DNA from: Acidobacteriota bacterium
GTDB taxonomy: Bacteria > Acidobacteriota > UBA6911
Assembly: GCA_013388445.1 (NCBI GenBank)
Contig: JACADW010000255.1
Span: 1 to 43,172, forward strand
Direction of reading: 5' to 3'
Length of the DNA stretch: 43,172 bases
Under the pieces are notes generated by a model that was not told the origin of the DNA, ran no database searches, and saw only the letters and a list, made by a program, of their open reading frames with translations. Numbering within the stretch: the stretch's first letter is position 1; each line of letters starts with the position of its first letter. The position numbers and the translations under genes are program-made. This document shows, one piece after another, positions 9,735-20,191 of the stretch.

Positions 9735-10963
9735 ACAGGAGAGACCAGAAGGCCGATCCGGCGCGCGTCGCTGTTTTCTTCGGCCTCTTCGCCGCGCTGA
9801 CGGCTTTCCCGGCCGTCTCCGGGGCGCAGAACGGCTCGACTGCAAGGCCAGATTGGTCAAGGATACGCGGCGTCAATTACATCCCCTCGTATGCGCGAAG
9901 CTCCAGCGACATGTGGCAAAACTACGACGCCGACACGGTGGATCGGGAGCTCGGATTCGTGAAGGGACTCGGCTTGAACAGTGTCCGCGTCTTCCTGCAT
10001 TTCTACCCCTATGAGAAGAATCCCGCCGGAGCCCTGGCGGTATTCGGCGACTTTCTCAACCGCTGCCGGCGGCACGGCCTAACCGTCCTCCCCGTGTTTT
10101 TCGACTCCTGCGGCCTCGACCCCCGGCCCGACGCCGTGGAAATGTCCGCCGCTGATGCCTACGCCCATTTCATCCAAGACCCTGCCCTGCCTAGTCAGAC
10201 AAGGAAGCGGCTAGAAGCAGTCTACCGGGAATTTGCCTTGGGACGCGGCAAGGCGGTCCGAGTCCCCATCGGGAAAACCACGCCGGTCGACGTCTTCATC
10301 TGGCGCTGGTGGAGCCCGAGTCCCGGATATGCCTCGCTGGGGCGGGAGCACTGGCCGGCGCTGGAGAGATACGTCGCAGCCGCGCTGGCGCGCGGTGCCG
10401 GAAGCCCCGAAATCATCGCCTGGGAGATAATGAACGAGCCCGGAACGCTCATGGATTTGCCGGCCGGAGTCTGCCGGCAGGAAGCCGAATCCCGCTTGGA
10501 CGGTTTCCTGGCACACTTCAGTGATTTTATCCGCAAGCGCGCCGGCCCGGTGCCGATGACCATTGGTGCGGAGAACCTCGATCGGATGAAACGCCATGAG
10601 GCCCTCGTCGAGCTGCTTTCGATTCATTCGTATGACGAGCCCGCGGAACTTAAGGCGGAACTCGAGGCGGCGACGGAGTGGGCGAATCAGAAACGCAAGC
10701 CGTTGCTGATCACGGAATGCCTGGCCAACACCCGCAACTGGCTCACTGTTTTTGCGGAAGAGCGGCTGGCGACCGATGAGGGCCAGCTGGACCATTACCG
10801 CCGGATCCTGCCTCTGCTCATGGACTCCGGGCTGGGGTGGTACTCCTGGGGATTTGTTTCGGGCCAGATGTTCGGCACCTTCACCCACATCGTGCACCCG
10901 GATGGCTACCGCCGTCCCGCAGCGATGTTTCTGGAGGAGACGCTGAGGGCAGCTCAACGGTGA
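9731..10963 (+). CDS. GH5-like (clan GH-A) secreted glycoside hydrolase
   Basis: ATGA overlap with the GH51 stop, signal peptide, RGVNYIP, GLNSVRVFL, WEIMNEP, SIHSY, ITEC. Confidence 0.8.
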   Translation: MNRRDQKADPARVAVFFGLFAALTAFPAVSGAQNGSTARPDWSRIRGVNYIPSYARSSSDMWQNYDADTVDRELGFVKGLGLNSVRVFLHFYPYEKNPAGALAVFGDFLNRCRRHGLTVLPVFFDSCGLDPRPDAVEMSAADAYAHFIQDPALPSQTRKRLEAVYREFALGRGKAVRVPIGKTTPVDVFIWRWWSPSPGYASLGREHWPALERYVAAALARGAGSPEIIAWEIMNEPGTLMDLPAGVCRQEAESRLDGFLAHFSDFIRKRAGPVPMTIGAENLDRMKRHEALVELLSIHSYDEPAELKAELEAATEWANQKRKPLLITECLANTRNWLTVFAEERLATDEGQLDHYRRILPLLMDSGLGWYSWGFVSGQMFGTFTHIVHPDGYRRPAAMFLEETLRAAQR

Positions 10964-10999
10964 GTGCAGGCCCGTCAGGGGGAAAGCGACGGTTCAAGC

Positions 11000-11632
11000 A
11001 TGCAAGCTGACCTGATAAACTCAGCCCGGATCAACCGGCGTGATTTTCTGTCCGGCTGCGCCGGCATCGGAACGTTGGGAACGTTGCCTTCCATCACCAA
11101 CCTCGGCGGCGCTGAGCCGGAGGGTAACATCTACCCCGCGCTTGGCTAAAAGCGCATGAACCTGGACTACCATTTTTTCGAGTTCAAGCTGCACACGCTC
11201 GAGAGAGCCGGCTCCAAGCAGATCATCGAGGTCATGACCGACCTCGGCATCGATTCTCTCTGGCTCTGCAGCGAGGACCACTGGGGAGGGATGCAGCAGG
11301 TGTATGAACCGCAGGTCTGGGTCGATGCTCCGGATCGGGTCGGGGCCGTTTGCAGCCGGCGCGGGAACGAGATCCGGGTTGTGCTGATCCACGGCATCCA
11401 CAGCAAAGTGATCGCTGGCGACCCCTGGGGCGCTGAAGCCGCAAGACGCGGCCGCAGCACGCCTTCCAGCGTGGTCCCAGTCCGCGACCTGACCGTAAAG
11501 GTTCGGGGGCTCCGGGATGCGCGAGCGTCCGATTTGAAAGGGATGAGGTTGAAGACGAGCCACAGCGGCGCAGTGACGGCGATCTCCGTGCCGGCGGTCG
11601 ATCAATACGAACTCGTGCGGATACGCCGGTAA
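11000..11632 (+). pseudogene. Internally deleted Tat-exported GHL6-like hydrolase
   Basis: Tat signal NRRDFL, in-frame TAA 11147-11149, then RMNLDYH...GIDSLWLCSEDHWG (GHL6-like N-terminus) joined directly to a C-terminal beta domain (VPVRDLTVKV...VPAVDQYELV). Confidence 0.6.
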
Positions 11633-11661
11633 CCGGTCAGGCGCTGCCGCAGAGGAATGGC

Positions 11662-12579
11662 ATGCTTATTGGAACCAGCCTGCTGATGCGCAGGGCCTGG
11701 CAGGAGGGATTAGCGGTTCCCGCTTTCAACATCCCGTACCTGCCGATGATGGAACCGGTGGTCAGGGCGGTCCGGGATACACAGTCTTTCGCCCTCATCG
11801 CCGTGGCACGCCTCGAGTGGATGAAATTCGAGGCCGGGAGCCCCGAGGCGGTCCGCAACGAATTCGAGCGGGTGAAAGACGATCGGTACGTGCGCCTGCA
11901 CCTCGACCATGTGCCGGTGATCGACGAGGACGGACTGGAGGTGGATTACCGTCGGATTATTGGTAAGGCGCTCGATCTGGGATACCAATCCGTGATGGTG
12001 GACGGATCGAGGCTCTCCTTGGATCGGAACATCGCCGCAACTCGCGAAGTGGCTGAGATGGCGCGCACAGCCGGAGTGCCGGTGGAAGCCGAACTGGGCG
12101 CCGTCCTCGGCCATGAAACAGGGCCGCTGCCTCCCTACGAGGAATTGTTCCTTTCGGGCAGGGGTTTCACCGATGCCGACGAGGCGCGGCGCTTCGTCGA
12201 GGAAACTCGGGTGGACTGGCTCTCCGTCGCGATCGGGAACATTCACGGGGCGATCTCCGGTGCAGCGCGCCGGGGGTCCAAGATCCGGGCGCGGCTCAAT
12301 ATCGACCATCTGGAGCGCATCCGCCAGGCCGCAGGGATTCCGCTGGTGCTGCACGGCGGTACCGGGATCGAGAAGCGATGCCTCTTGGAGGCGGTCCGGC
12401 ATGGTATCGCCAAGATCAACATCGGCATGGCCATCCGGCAGCCCTTTGAAGCCGTCCGGGCTGATTCGGTGCCGCGGGCTCAGGAGGCCGTCTACGCGGC
12501 AACCGTGCGCGTCATCCGTGAGGAGCTGGAGTTGGAAGGATCTGCGAGGCGCATCGACCCTGGGGATACGCCCGGCTGA
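11662..12579 (+). CDS. Class II ketose-(bis)phosphate aldolase
   Basis: AVPAFN, LHLDH, SVMVDGS, VEAELG, AIGNIHG, LVLHGGTG, KINIG. Confidence 0.93.
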   Translation: MLIGTSLLMRRAWQEGLAVPAFNIPYLPMMEPVVRAVRDTQSFALIAVARLEWMKFEAGSPEAVRNEFERVKDDRYVRLHLDHVPVIDEDGLEVDYRRIIGKALDLGYQSVMVDGSRLSLDRNIAATREVAEMARTAGVPVEAELGAVLGHETGPLPPYEELFLSGRGFTDADEARRFVEETRVDWLSVAIGNIHGAISGAARRGSKIRARLNIDHLERIRQAAGIPLVLHGGTGIEKRCLLEAVRHGIAKINIGMAIRQPFEAVRADSVPRAQEAVYAATVRVIREELELEGSARRIDPGDTPG

Positions 12580-12646
12580 ATCCGCTGACAGATCGGGCTA
12601 TCAGAGGTGCAGCGGGCAAGCAGCATTCATCGAGAAGGAGGAAAGC

Positions 12647-14053
12647 ATGATCGGCACCAAGTCATCGTTTGCCGTATTCTTCGGCAATCGCGGTTTCTTC
12701 CCGGCGTCGTTCATGGCCGACGCGCGCGCGGAGATGACCGAGACACTTGCAAACCTGGGTCACGAGTTTCTCATGCTCGAGGAGTCTGCCACGCGATTTG
12801 GGGCAGTTGAAACGCCCGCCGAGGGGGAGATTTATGCCAATTTCCTGAAAAGGAGCCGCGGCCGTTACGATGGCGTTATCCTGTGCCTGCCCAACTTCGG
12901 GGATGAGACGGGAGCCGTGGCCGCTCTCGCGGAGGCAGGCGTGCCTATCCTCATACAGGCCTATCCGGACGAGCTCGACAAGATGCGGCCCGAGCGGCGC
13001 CGCGACTCCTTCTGCGGAAAATTCTCCATCATGGACATCTTTTGCCAGTATGGGGTGAAATTTACTGCTCTGAAGCCGCATACTGTCCATCCGCGCAGCC
13101 CTCGTTTTGCGGAGAACCTCGAATACTTCGACCGCCTATGCCGTGTGGTGAAGAAGATGAAGGCCCTTACCGTCGGGGCCATCGGGGCGAGGACCACCGC
13201 CTTCAAGACCGTGCGCGTCGACGAGCTCGCGCTCCAGCGCCACGGCATCACGGTCGAGACCATGGACCTTTCCGACCTGTTTGCGCGCATGTCGGCGCTC
13301 GGCGGCGACGACGACGGGGTGAAAGCCAAAGTTGAGAGGCTGCGCCAATACACAGACTGGGATGGGGTGCCGGATCAGGCGCTCGGCAAGCTCGCGAGGA
13401 TGGGAGTTGCGATCGACCAGGTGATCTCCGAGTACCGGATGGATGCCATTGCTGTCCGCTGCTGGATTGAAATGCAGCGTCAGCTGGGCATCTCCCCGTG
13501 CATCCTGCTCAGTGAAATGAATGACCGCGGCATGGTGGCCGCCTGCGAAGTCGACATCGGCAACGCCGTGTCCATGGTCGGGCTCAGCAGCGCCTCCGGC
13601 GACGTGGCCACCTGCCTGGATTGGAACAACAATTACGGTGAGGACGACGACAAGTGCATCCTGTTTCACTGCGGTCCGGTTCCCCAGCGGCTCATGACCA
13701 GAAGGGGCCGGGTGACCGATCATGCCATCCTGGCAAACGCCGTGGGCCATGGATGCAGCTACGGGTGCAACACGGGACGCATCCGCGCCGAACAAATCAC
13801 ATTCAGCAGCATGATCACCGAGAGCGGCAACCTGAAGTTCTACCTAGGGGAGGGCGAGTTTACCAAAGATCCGATTCCCGCCGACTATTTCGGTTGTGCT
13901 GGCGTCGCGAGGATACCGCGGCTCCAAGACGTGCTTCAGACCGTCGGTTACGCTGGACACCGGCACCATGTCAGCGTGACGCCGGGACACGTTGCCGCCC
14001 CTGTGTATGAAGCGTTTGTCAAATACCTTGGATATGAGGTAACCCGGGTTTGA
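12647..14053 (+). CDS. L-fucose/L-arabinose isomerase family protein
   Basis: AGGAGG RBS. GNRGFFP, LPNFGDE, RRDSFCGK, AVRCW, ACEVD, LFHCG, HRHHV. Confidence 0.88.
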   Translation: MIGTKSSFAVFFGNRGFFPASFMADARAEMTETLANLGHEFLMLEESATRFGAVETPAEGEIYANFLKRSRGRYDGVILCLPNFGDETGAVAALAEAGVPILIQAYPDELDKMRPERRRDSFCGKFSIMDIFCQYGVKFTALKPHTVHPRSPRFAENLEYFDRLCRVVKKMKALTVGAIGARTTAFKTVRVDELALQRHGITVETMDLSDLFARMSALGGDDDGVKAKVERLRQYTDWDGVPDQALGKLARMGVAIDQVISEYRMDAIAVRCWIEMQRQLGISPCILLSEMNDRGMVAACEVDIGNAVSMVGLSSASGDVATCLDWNNNYGEDDDKCILFHCGPVPQRLMTRRGRVTDHAILANAVGHGCSYGCNTGRIRAEQITFSSMITESGNLKFYLGEGEFTKDPIPADYFGCAGVARIPRLQDVLQTVGYAGHRHHVSVTPGHVAAPVYEAFVKYLGYEVTRV

Positions 14054-15588
14054 GCCTTCTTGGAATCGATGTCGGGACCACCGGCTGCAAGGCGGCCGCC
14101 TTCAGCGAGAGGGGGGATTGCCTGGCCGCCGCATACCGGGAGTACCCCACTCTGCGCCCGCACGAAGGCTGGGCTGAACTCGACAGCCGCCATGTCTGGG
14201 CGCAGGTACGTGCTGTGATCGCCGAGGTGGCAGGGAAAGCTCACGCGGATCCCGTGCGTGCACTCAGCGTCAGCACCTTGGGGGAAGCCGTCACCCCGGT
14301 CTCTCGCGGCCGGGAGATCCTCGGTCCGTGCATTCTGTCGTCCGACCTTCGCGGCTCGGAGTTCATCGAGGAGCTCCGGGAGAGCGTCAGCCAGGACGAG
14401 TTTTACGCGATCAATCCCAATCTCTTGGGACCCCAGTATTCGCTGCCCAAGCTCCTCTGGCTCAAGCGTTACAGACCCGAGCTCTACGAGCGGGCGGACC
14501 TATTTCTTTTGTGGGGGGACCTGGTCACATTCCTGCTCGGCTGCGATCCCCTCACCAGCTATTCACACGCCAACCGCACCCTCCTGTTCGATATTCGGCG
14601 GGAGGACTGGTCGGACCGGCTCCTCGCCTTGACAGGCATACCCCGGGACAAACTCGCGGCTCCGGTCCCCAGCGGGACCGTAGCCGGGACTGTCGCCGAC
14701 GGCGTCGCCTCCGAGTTGAACTTGCCGCGCGGGGTTGCGGTCGTGGTCGGCGGCCACGACCAGTGCTGCAATTCGCTGGGGGCCGGCATTTTTCGCACGG
14801 GCAGCGCAGTGTGCGGCATCGGCACCTTCGAATGCATCACGCCGACATTCGACCGCATCCCGGATCCGGCCTTGATGCTGGCTCAGGGGCTGAACATCGA
14901 GCACCACGTGCTCCCGGGCCTCTTCGTTTCCTTCATCTATAACCAAGCCGGCTCGCTGGTGCGCTGGTTCCGAGACACGTTCGCCTCGGCGGATCAAGCC
15001 AATGCGGGCGCGCCGCAGGACTTCTACAACCGCCTCTCCCGCGAGATGCCGCCGGAACCAACCCGGCTTTTCGTGTTGCCGTACTTCGAGATCACGGGGC
15101 CGCCTTCCTTCGTCGTCGACGCGTCCGGGGTTATCCTCGGCCTCAAGACCAGCACGACGCGGGGCGAGATCCTCAAAGCCATCATGGAATGTACCACGCT
15201 TTACTTTGTCGACAGCATCCGCGCCCTGCAGGAAATGGGCATGGATATGTCGGAATTCATCGCCACCGGCGGCGGCGCAAGGTCGGACCAGTGGCTGCAA
15301 ATCAAGGCCGATATCTTCGGCCTCCCCTTTGTGCGCCCGAGAGTCATCGAGGGGAGCGTGCTGGGAGCCGCCGTTCTCGCGGGGATCGCAACGGGCGCAT
15401 TCGAAGGTACGGCCGGAGGGGTGTCCCGTTTCGTCCGTCGCGATCGTGTCTTCGAACCCGATGCTGCGCGGCACAGACTCTATCGCGAGAAGCTGGAAGA
15501 ATACCGCCGGCTGTTTCCCCTGCTGCGGGATTTCCTCGCCCATCAGGAGAGGGCGAAGCGGAGTGCGGATTCGAGTGGACGAGGTTGA
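14050..15588 (+). CDS. FGGY-family carbohydrate kinase (xylulokinase-like)
   Basis: LGIDVGTTGCK, GGHDQ, GTFE, TGGGARSDQWLQIKADI. TTG start overlaps the upstream stop. Confidence 0.93.
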   Translation: MSLLGIDVGTTGCKAAAFSERGDCLAAAYREYPTLRPHEGWAELDSRHVWAQVRAVIAEVAGKAHADPVRALSVSTLGEAVTPVSRGREILGPCILSSDLRGSEFIEELRESVSQDEFYAINPNLLGPQYSLPKLLWLKRYRPELYERADLFLLWGDLVTFLLGCDPLTSYSHANRTLLFDIRREDWSDRLLALTGIPRDKLAAPVPSGTVAGTVADGVASELNLPRGVAVVVGGHDQCCNSLGAGIFRTGSAVCGIGTFECITPTFDRIPDPALMLAQGLNIEHHVLPGLFVSFIYNQAGSLVRWFRDTFASADQANAGAPQDFYNRLSREMPPEPTRLFVLPYFEITGPPSFVVDASGVILGLKTSTTRGEILKAIMECTTLYFVDSIRALQEMGMDMSEFIATGGGARSDQWLQIKADIFGLPFVRPRVIEGSVLGAAVLAGIATGAFEGTAGGVSRFVRRDRVFEPDAARHRLYREKLEEYRRLFPLLRDFLAHQERAKRSADSSGRG

Positions 15589-15592
15589 CCCG

Positions 15593-16771
15593 ATGAACGC
15601 GCGTGAACGATTCCTGGAGGCCATGGAATTCCAGGATGTTGCTCCGCCCAAGTGGGAATTCGGATACTGAGCCGGCGATGTGCGCCGATGGTATCGCGAA
15701 GGTCTGATTCGGCAGGCCAGCATCCCCGAGTCCTGGCCGGACGGCAACGGCGTTTGTGGAGGCTGTGGAGCCTGGGCGCTGGGTCGCGTCGCCGACAGCG
15801 CCGTGCATATGGCTCTCGGCCTGGATGAGGGGATGCAGCGCATCTCGATGAACAACTATCTCTGTCCGAAATTCGAGGAGACGGTGCTCGAGCAGCACGC
15901 CGACTGGTCGCTGTTGCGCGATGAAAACGGGATGATCATCAAGCGCCTGCGCGACCGCGATCCCTGCCGCACTTCGTGCGCGGCCCGGTGGTAACGCGAA
16001 GGGATTGGGAGGAGCTGAAGGCCGAAAGGCTGCGTCCGGTCTTGGAGGGACGGCTGCCCGGAAACTGGAACGAGATCGCCGAAGGGAACCGCAGGCGCAC
16101 TTACCCGCTTGCCATCGGCGGCAGCCAGGGTTTCTACGGCACCCCGCGCCTTCTCTTCGGCGAGGTGCAGATGCTGACCGCCTACCACGATTCCCCCGGA
16201 CCTGATGCGCGACATCATGAACGACCTGGCCGATTTCTGGATCGAGCTCTATGGCCGGGTCCTGGATCAGGTCGATGTGGATCTTGCCCTGCTTCGGGAG
16301 GACATGGCCTACAAGAGCGGGCCGCTCATCTCGCCGGGTCTTTTCACCAGTTTCATGCTCCCGGCTTACAGGAAGATCACGGTGTTTTCCCGCGATTGCG
16401 GCATACGCCTGATCCTCGTGGACAGCGACGGCAATATCTGGAGGCGCGTGCCCCTCTGCATTGAAGGCGGCGTCGCGAGTGTTTTCCCCTTCCAGGTTAT
16501 GGCGGGGATGAATGTCGTCGAACTGTGCATGGCTTTCGCCGCCCTGAAAATTCTCGGCGGCTTGGACAAGACGGCGCTGGCAAGGGGATCGGGGGAGATC
16601 GAATCAGCCCTGGATGGAGTGACTTGGATGTTGGGTCAACGGGGCTATATTCGCTATGCTGACCACTTCGTGCCGCCGGACGTGCCCTGGCAGAACTCCG
16701 TCTACTACCGGCGGCGGCTTAACGGGCTGATTGACGAAATCATTTCAGGACCTGCGGAGGCAGCCGAGTGA
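15593..16771 (+). pseudogene. UroD/MtaA-like (uroporphyrinogen decarboxylase family) pseudogene
   Basis: MNARERFL...EFGY, TGA 15668-15670 where Trp is expected, frameshifts near 15960 and 16195 (C5 run), then EDMAYKSGPLISP, VDSDGN, LGGLDK, DHFVPPDVPW. Confidence 0.85.
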
Positions 16772-17300
16772 TCGCCGCCGCGGACTCTATCCGCCGCCGT
16801 CCCGGGCCTGGACCTGGATCCGGAGGTGGACCAATGTGAGCCGGAGAAAGAGGGGATAGAAATAGCCCGAACATGGCAGCTTCGGCCGATCCAGGGTGCC
16901 AAAGCCCGCGACCAATCCCGGCGGATGTGCCGGGATTTTGACCGGAACACCGGCTTAGGATTCGCACAAGAACGAGGCTGCCGGTCGGCGCGAGCGACGG
17001 GCGGGCCGATCCAAGCCGCTGCGGCGCAGGCCATGGGGGGATCGTCGACGAGTGGCAACGCAGCAGATGGCCGCTCTCCGGAAGGCGGCGTCATGGATCC
17101 ATCTCGGAGCCGCTACTGCGATCTCCTGCATGCCGGGAGCCCCGCATAGATACCGAGTCACGAACGTGTTGGACGCACGTCCCAAAATGCCAGGCAATTC
17201 TCGAGCGAGCGCTTGGTGCGCGCCTGCCTGGTGAGCTTGTTTCGACAGGATTCAAAGGCCCTGAAGCTCAGAGTCTCCAATCCTGTTTGGAGAGTGCGAC

Positions 17301-18860
17301 ATGCCGCTAACGCCATTGCGAAAAATCCCGGCCGGGGTCGTCGCGGTCCTGCTGACGGCCGCAGCCCTGCTGTTCGGAGCTCCGCCGCAGCATCCTCCCG
17401 GGAAAAACCCCTTCGGCGAGGGGCCCGGCTACTGGCCGCTCGACGGAGCCATCTATGAAGTCAACCTGGAGTATTTTCCCAACCACTCCCTCAAGGAACT
17501 GACGGCCGCAATGCCCCGCCTGCAGAAACTGGGGATCCGCGTCATCTACATGACGCCGGTTTTTCAGTGCTTCGGCACGGCGCAATACCTGATCATCAAC
17601 CACTTCGAGATCAATCCTCGGTACGGCACGCCGGAAGACCTCAAGACGCTGGTGGAAACGGCACACCGGCACGGTGTCCGCCTGCTCCTCGATCTTGTCA
17701 CGTCGCTCACCTACGACGGAACCGACATATTCAAAAACCACCCGGATTTCATACTGAGGGGAAAAGACGGGAGCATGCAGAGATATTATCCCTTCGCGGT
17801 CTGGGGTTGGGCGCTGGACTGTGCGAATCCGAACGTCATTGAATACTTCAGCAAGCTTGCCCGGCACTACATCGAAAAGTACGGTACAGACGGCTGGCGG
17901 AAGGACTCGCCGCTCAATAACTACGATCCGGAGAAGGTCGACGGGGACCACAGCCTCATCAAGATCATGCGCGCGATCAAGACCGCGATCACGACGGCCA
18001 GGAAAGACGCTATCATGGTCTCCGAGTGCACAAGTCCGTCGTTCCTGTGGGGACCGGACGACAACACGGAGGAACCGCTGTTCGACGAGATGTGCGAAGC
18101 TTCCTATGATTTTGAGTTCTGCGGCTTTCTGGGAGGAAACGATAAGGACGGCTTCGGATACGCGGTGTTCGACGGTTCCCCGGTCTACCGGCCGCTGAAG
18201 CCGACGCCCATGAACCGTGTGGTAAAGAACCAGATCACCTCGAAGGAACTTGCCGGCCTGGTGAACAGCCGGCCCATCCGGTACAAACGGCTCCGGGTCT
18301 ATTTCATAGAGAACCACGATACGGAGCGCGTACAGCGGGCTTTTCCCCGCCAGCACCGAACGCTCTTCGCGCTGGCAGCCTCCCTGCCGGGAATCCCTGT
18401 CGTCCACGCGGGCCAGGAAATCGGGTCGACCGTGCATCCCAACAACACCGACTCCGACAAGAAGCCGCCGATCGTGGATTGGGCCAGAGGCGACTCCAGC
18501 CTGGAGGCGTTCTACGCCAAGATTCTGAAAATCCGATCCGGCAATCCCGCGATCTTGCACGGTGATTTTAAAGATGTGTGGAAGAGCGGCGACAAGGCGA
18601 TCGTCTTCCAGAGAACACACAAAGAAAACTCAGTGCTTGTTGCGCTTAACTTCGATGACAAGGCGGTCAAGTTCACGGCGGGGATCGTGGCGGGCAAACC
18701 CGGTGCGGATCCTGGCCGGAATTACCTTCTAACGGATGAGATCACAGAGGAAGAGACCATGTACGAGGGCAAGGCCCTGGAGAATCTGGCACTGGAGCTG
18801 CCGCCCTTCGGCCACCGCATGATCAGAATCTCGGAGAGAGGCCGAGCAACCCCTAAGTAG
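17301..18860 (+). CDS. Secreted alpha-amylase family (GH13) glycoside hydrolase
   Basis: IYEVN, YGTPEDLKTLVETAH, LLDLV, DGWRKD, MVSE, FIENHD, GIPVVHAGQE. Confidence 0.92.
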   Translation: MPLTPLRKIPAGVVAVLLTAAALLFGAPPQHPPGKNPFGEGPGYWPLDGAIYEVNLEYFPNHSLKELTAAMPRLQKLGIRVIYMTPVFQCFGTAQYLIINHFEINPRYGTPEDLKTLVETAHRHGVRLLLDLVTSLTYDGTDIFKNHPDFILRGKDGSMQRYYPFAVWGWALDCANPNVIEYFSKLARHYIEKYGTDGWRKDSPLNNYDPEKVDGDHSLIKIMRAIKTAITTARKDAIMVSECTSPSFLWGPDDNTEEPLFDEMCEASYDFEFCGFLGGNDKDGFGYAVFDGSPVYRPLKPTPMNRVVKNQITSKELAGLVNSRPIRYKRLRVYFIENHDTERVQRAFPRQHRTLFALAASLPGIPVVHAGQEIGSTVHPNNTDSDKKPPIVDWARGDSSLEAFYAKILKIRSGNPAILHGDFKDVWKSGDKAIVFQRTHKENSVLVALNFDDKAVKFTAGIVAGKPGADPGRNYLLTDEITEEETMYEGKALENLALELPPFGHRMIRISERGRATPK

Positions 18861-18943
18861 GGGCTCGGCCCAACCGATCTCAGTTGATGGCCGCTTCCCG
18901 CGGGGACGGAGGCGGCAGCTCTCCGGCCCCAGTCGCCCGCTGA

Positions 18944-19775
18944 TCGGGGCACGAGGCGGAAGGCAACCCCTCCGCCGAGCGCAAAGCGGAGCCTGAGCGA
19001 CTCGCCGCGCGTCAGCGCACTTTCCCAGCGGGCGAGGTCGGTAGCCTGGGTCGCAGCCTCCGGGCCATCCTGCCACAGCGTCACCGTCCATTGTCCGGGC
19101 TCCAGGAAGTCCAGCGGGAGGTCGAGCGTCCGCCCGTCCAGTCGGTCATGGCGCCAATCCACCACTCGCTTCCGTGGCGGCGCGCCACGGCCACGAATTG
19201 GCCGACTTCTCCGGCAAGGCCACGCGTTTCGTCCCAGGTCGTCGGTGCCGCGATGACGAAGTCGGTCCCGGGCTGGCCCCGCAGCCCGGCCCGATGGTCG
19301 GCCACCATCGGCAACGGGCTGTCGAAGACCACGTACTTCCCGAGCTCGTGGGCGCGCGTACCCTGCACCATCGGCTCGTCGTAATCGACGAAGAACTGCC
19401 CGCGCGCCGTGTTGTGGAAGCCACCCGGGTTGTAGTCCATCGGCCTCGCCGGCATCTGCGTGAGGGTGAGGGTCAGGTCATGCTAGGGCATCACCTGCTC
19501 CGACCACTTGCTGTACTCGGCGCCCATGACGCCCTCCTGCGCCATCAAGTTGAGCCAGACCCTCCGGAGCCCGGTAGGCTTCAAGGCCCCGTGGAACGTG
19601 ACAAGGAGCCAGCGCGCGGCGGCTTCCCGCCCGTTCCGTTCGTAGAGCGCGACCATCTGCTGGTCGTCGCGGTCCATGAAATCGACCTTGATGCCCGCGG
19701 CGCCCCATTTGGCGTAGAGGTCAAGCGCCCCCTCGAACCGGTCCATGAGGCTCTTCCGGCATACCCGGACCCGCT
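18944..19775 (-). pseudogene. GH97 alpha-glucosidase/galactosidase, C-terminal relic
   Basis: GIKVDFMDRDDQ, FHGALKPTGL, EGVMGAE, PMDYNPG, GTRAHEL, PTTWDET. In-frame TAG 19483-19485, frameshift near 19132, 5' half missing. Confidence 0.9.
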
Positions 19776-19799
19776 GAGACGGTGCCCGACCGCAGCCGG

Positions 19800-19808
19800 T
19801 GCTATAAT
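19800..19808 (+). promoter_or_regulatory. Extended -10 promoter element for the MNT-HEPN pair
   Basis: TGCTATAAT lies 23 nt upstream of ATG 19832. Confidence 0.65.
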
Positions 19809-19831
19809 CCGTCGATGCCCGGGGAGTACTG

Positions 19832-20191
19832 ATGAAACGGAATAAACCATCCAACTTGAGAGATGTCCTGCCACCGGTGGGCGCTGATGATATCGCCCGG
19901 CTGGCACGGCCCGTATTCGAGCGCCACACGGTCGAGAAGGCGATTCTGTTCGGCTCCTTTGCAACCGGGCGCCAGAGCCGAAGGAGCGATGTGGACCTGA
20001 TCCTCATTCAGAATACGCCGAGGCGCTACTTCGAGCGATTCGATGGATTGCTGCAGGACCTTTACCGGGCGATTCCGGGCAGGGAGATCGAGTGCTTCAT
20101 ATACACGCCTGAGGAGCTTGCCGCGATTTCACACAGGTTTTTCATCCGAAGGGCTCTGAAGGAGGGAATCGTCATCTATGAGCGTGGATAA
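19832..20191 (+). CDS. Minimal nucleotidyltransferase (MNT), putative antitoxin
   Basis: LFGSFATG...SDVDL Pol-beta superfamily motif; overlaps the HEPN gene. Confidence 0.9.
   Translation: MKRNKPSNLRDVLPPVGADDIARLARPVFERHTVEKAILFGSFATGRQSRRSDVDLILIQNTPRRYFERFDGLLQDLYRAIPGREIECFIYTPEELAAISHRFFIRRALKEGIVIYERG

Noticed and set aside
12113-12646. N-terminal extensions in the ORF track for the isomerase (also 9431 for the GH5-like gene, 33587 for DUF4091, 21260 for nikR)
   Set aside because: They overlap neighbouring genes or promoters; better starts with RBS or stop-start overlap exist downstream.
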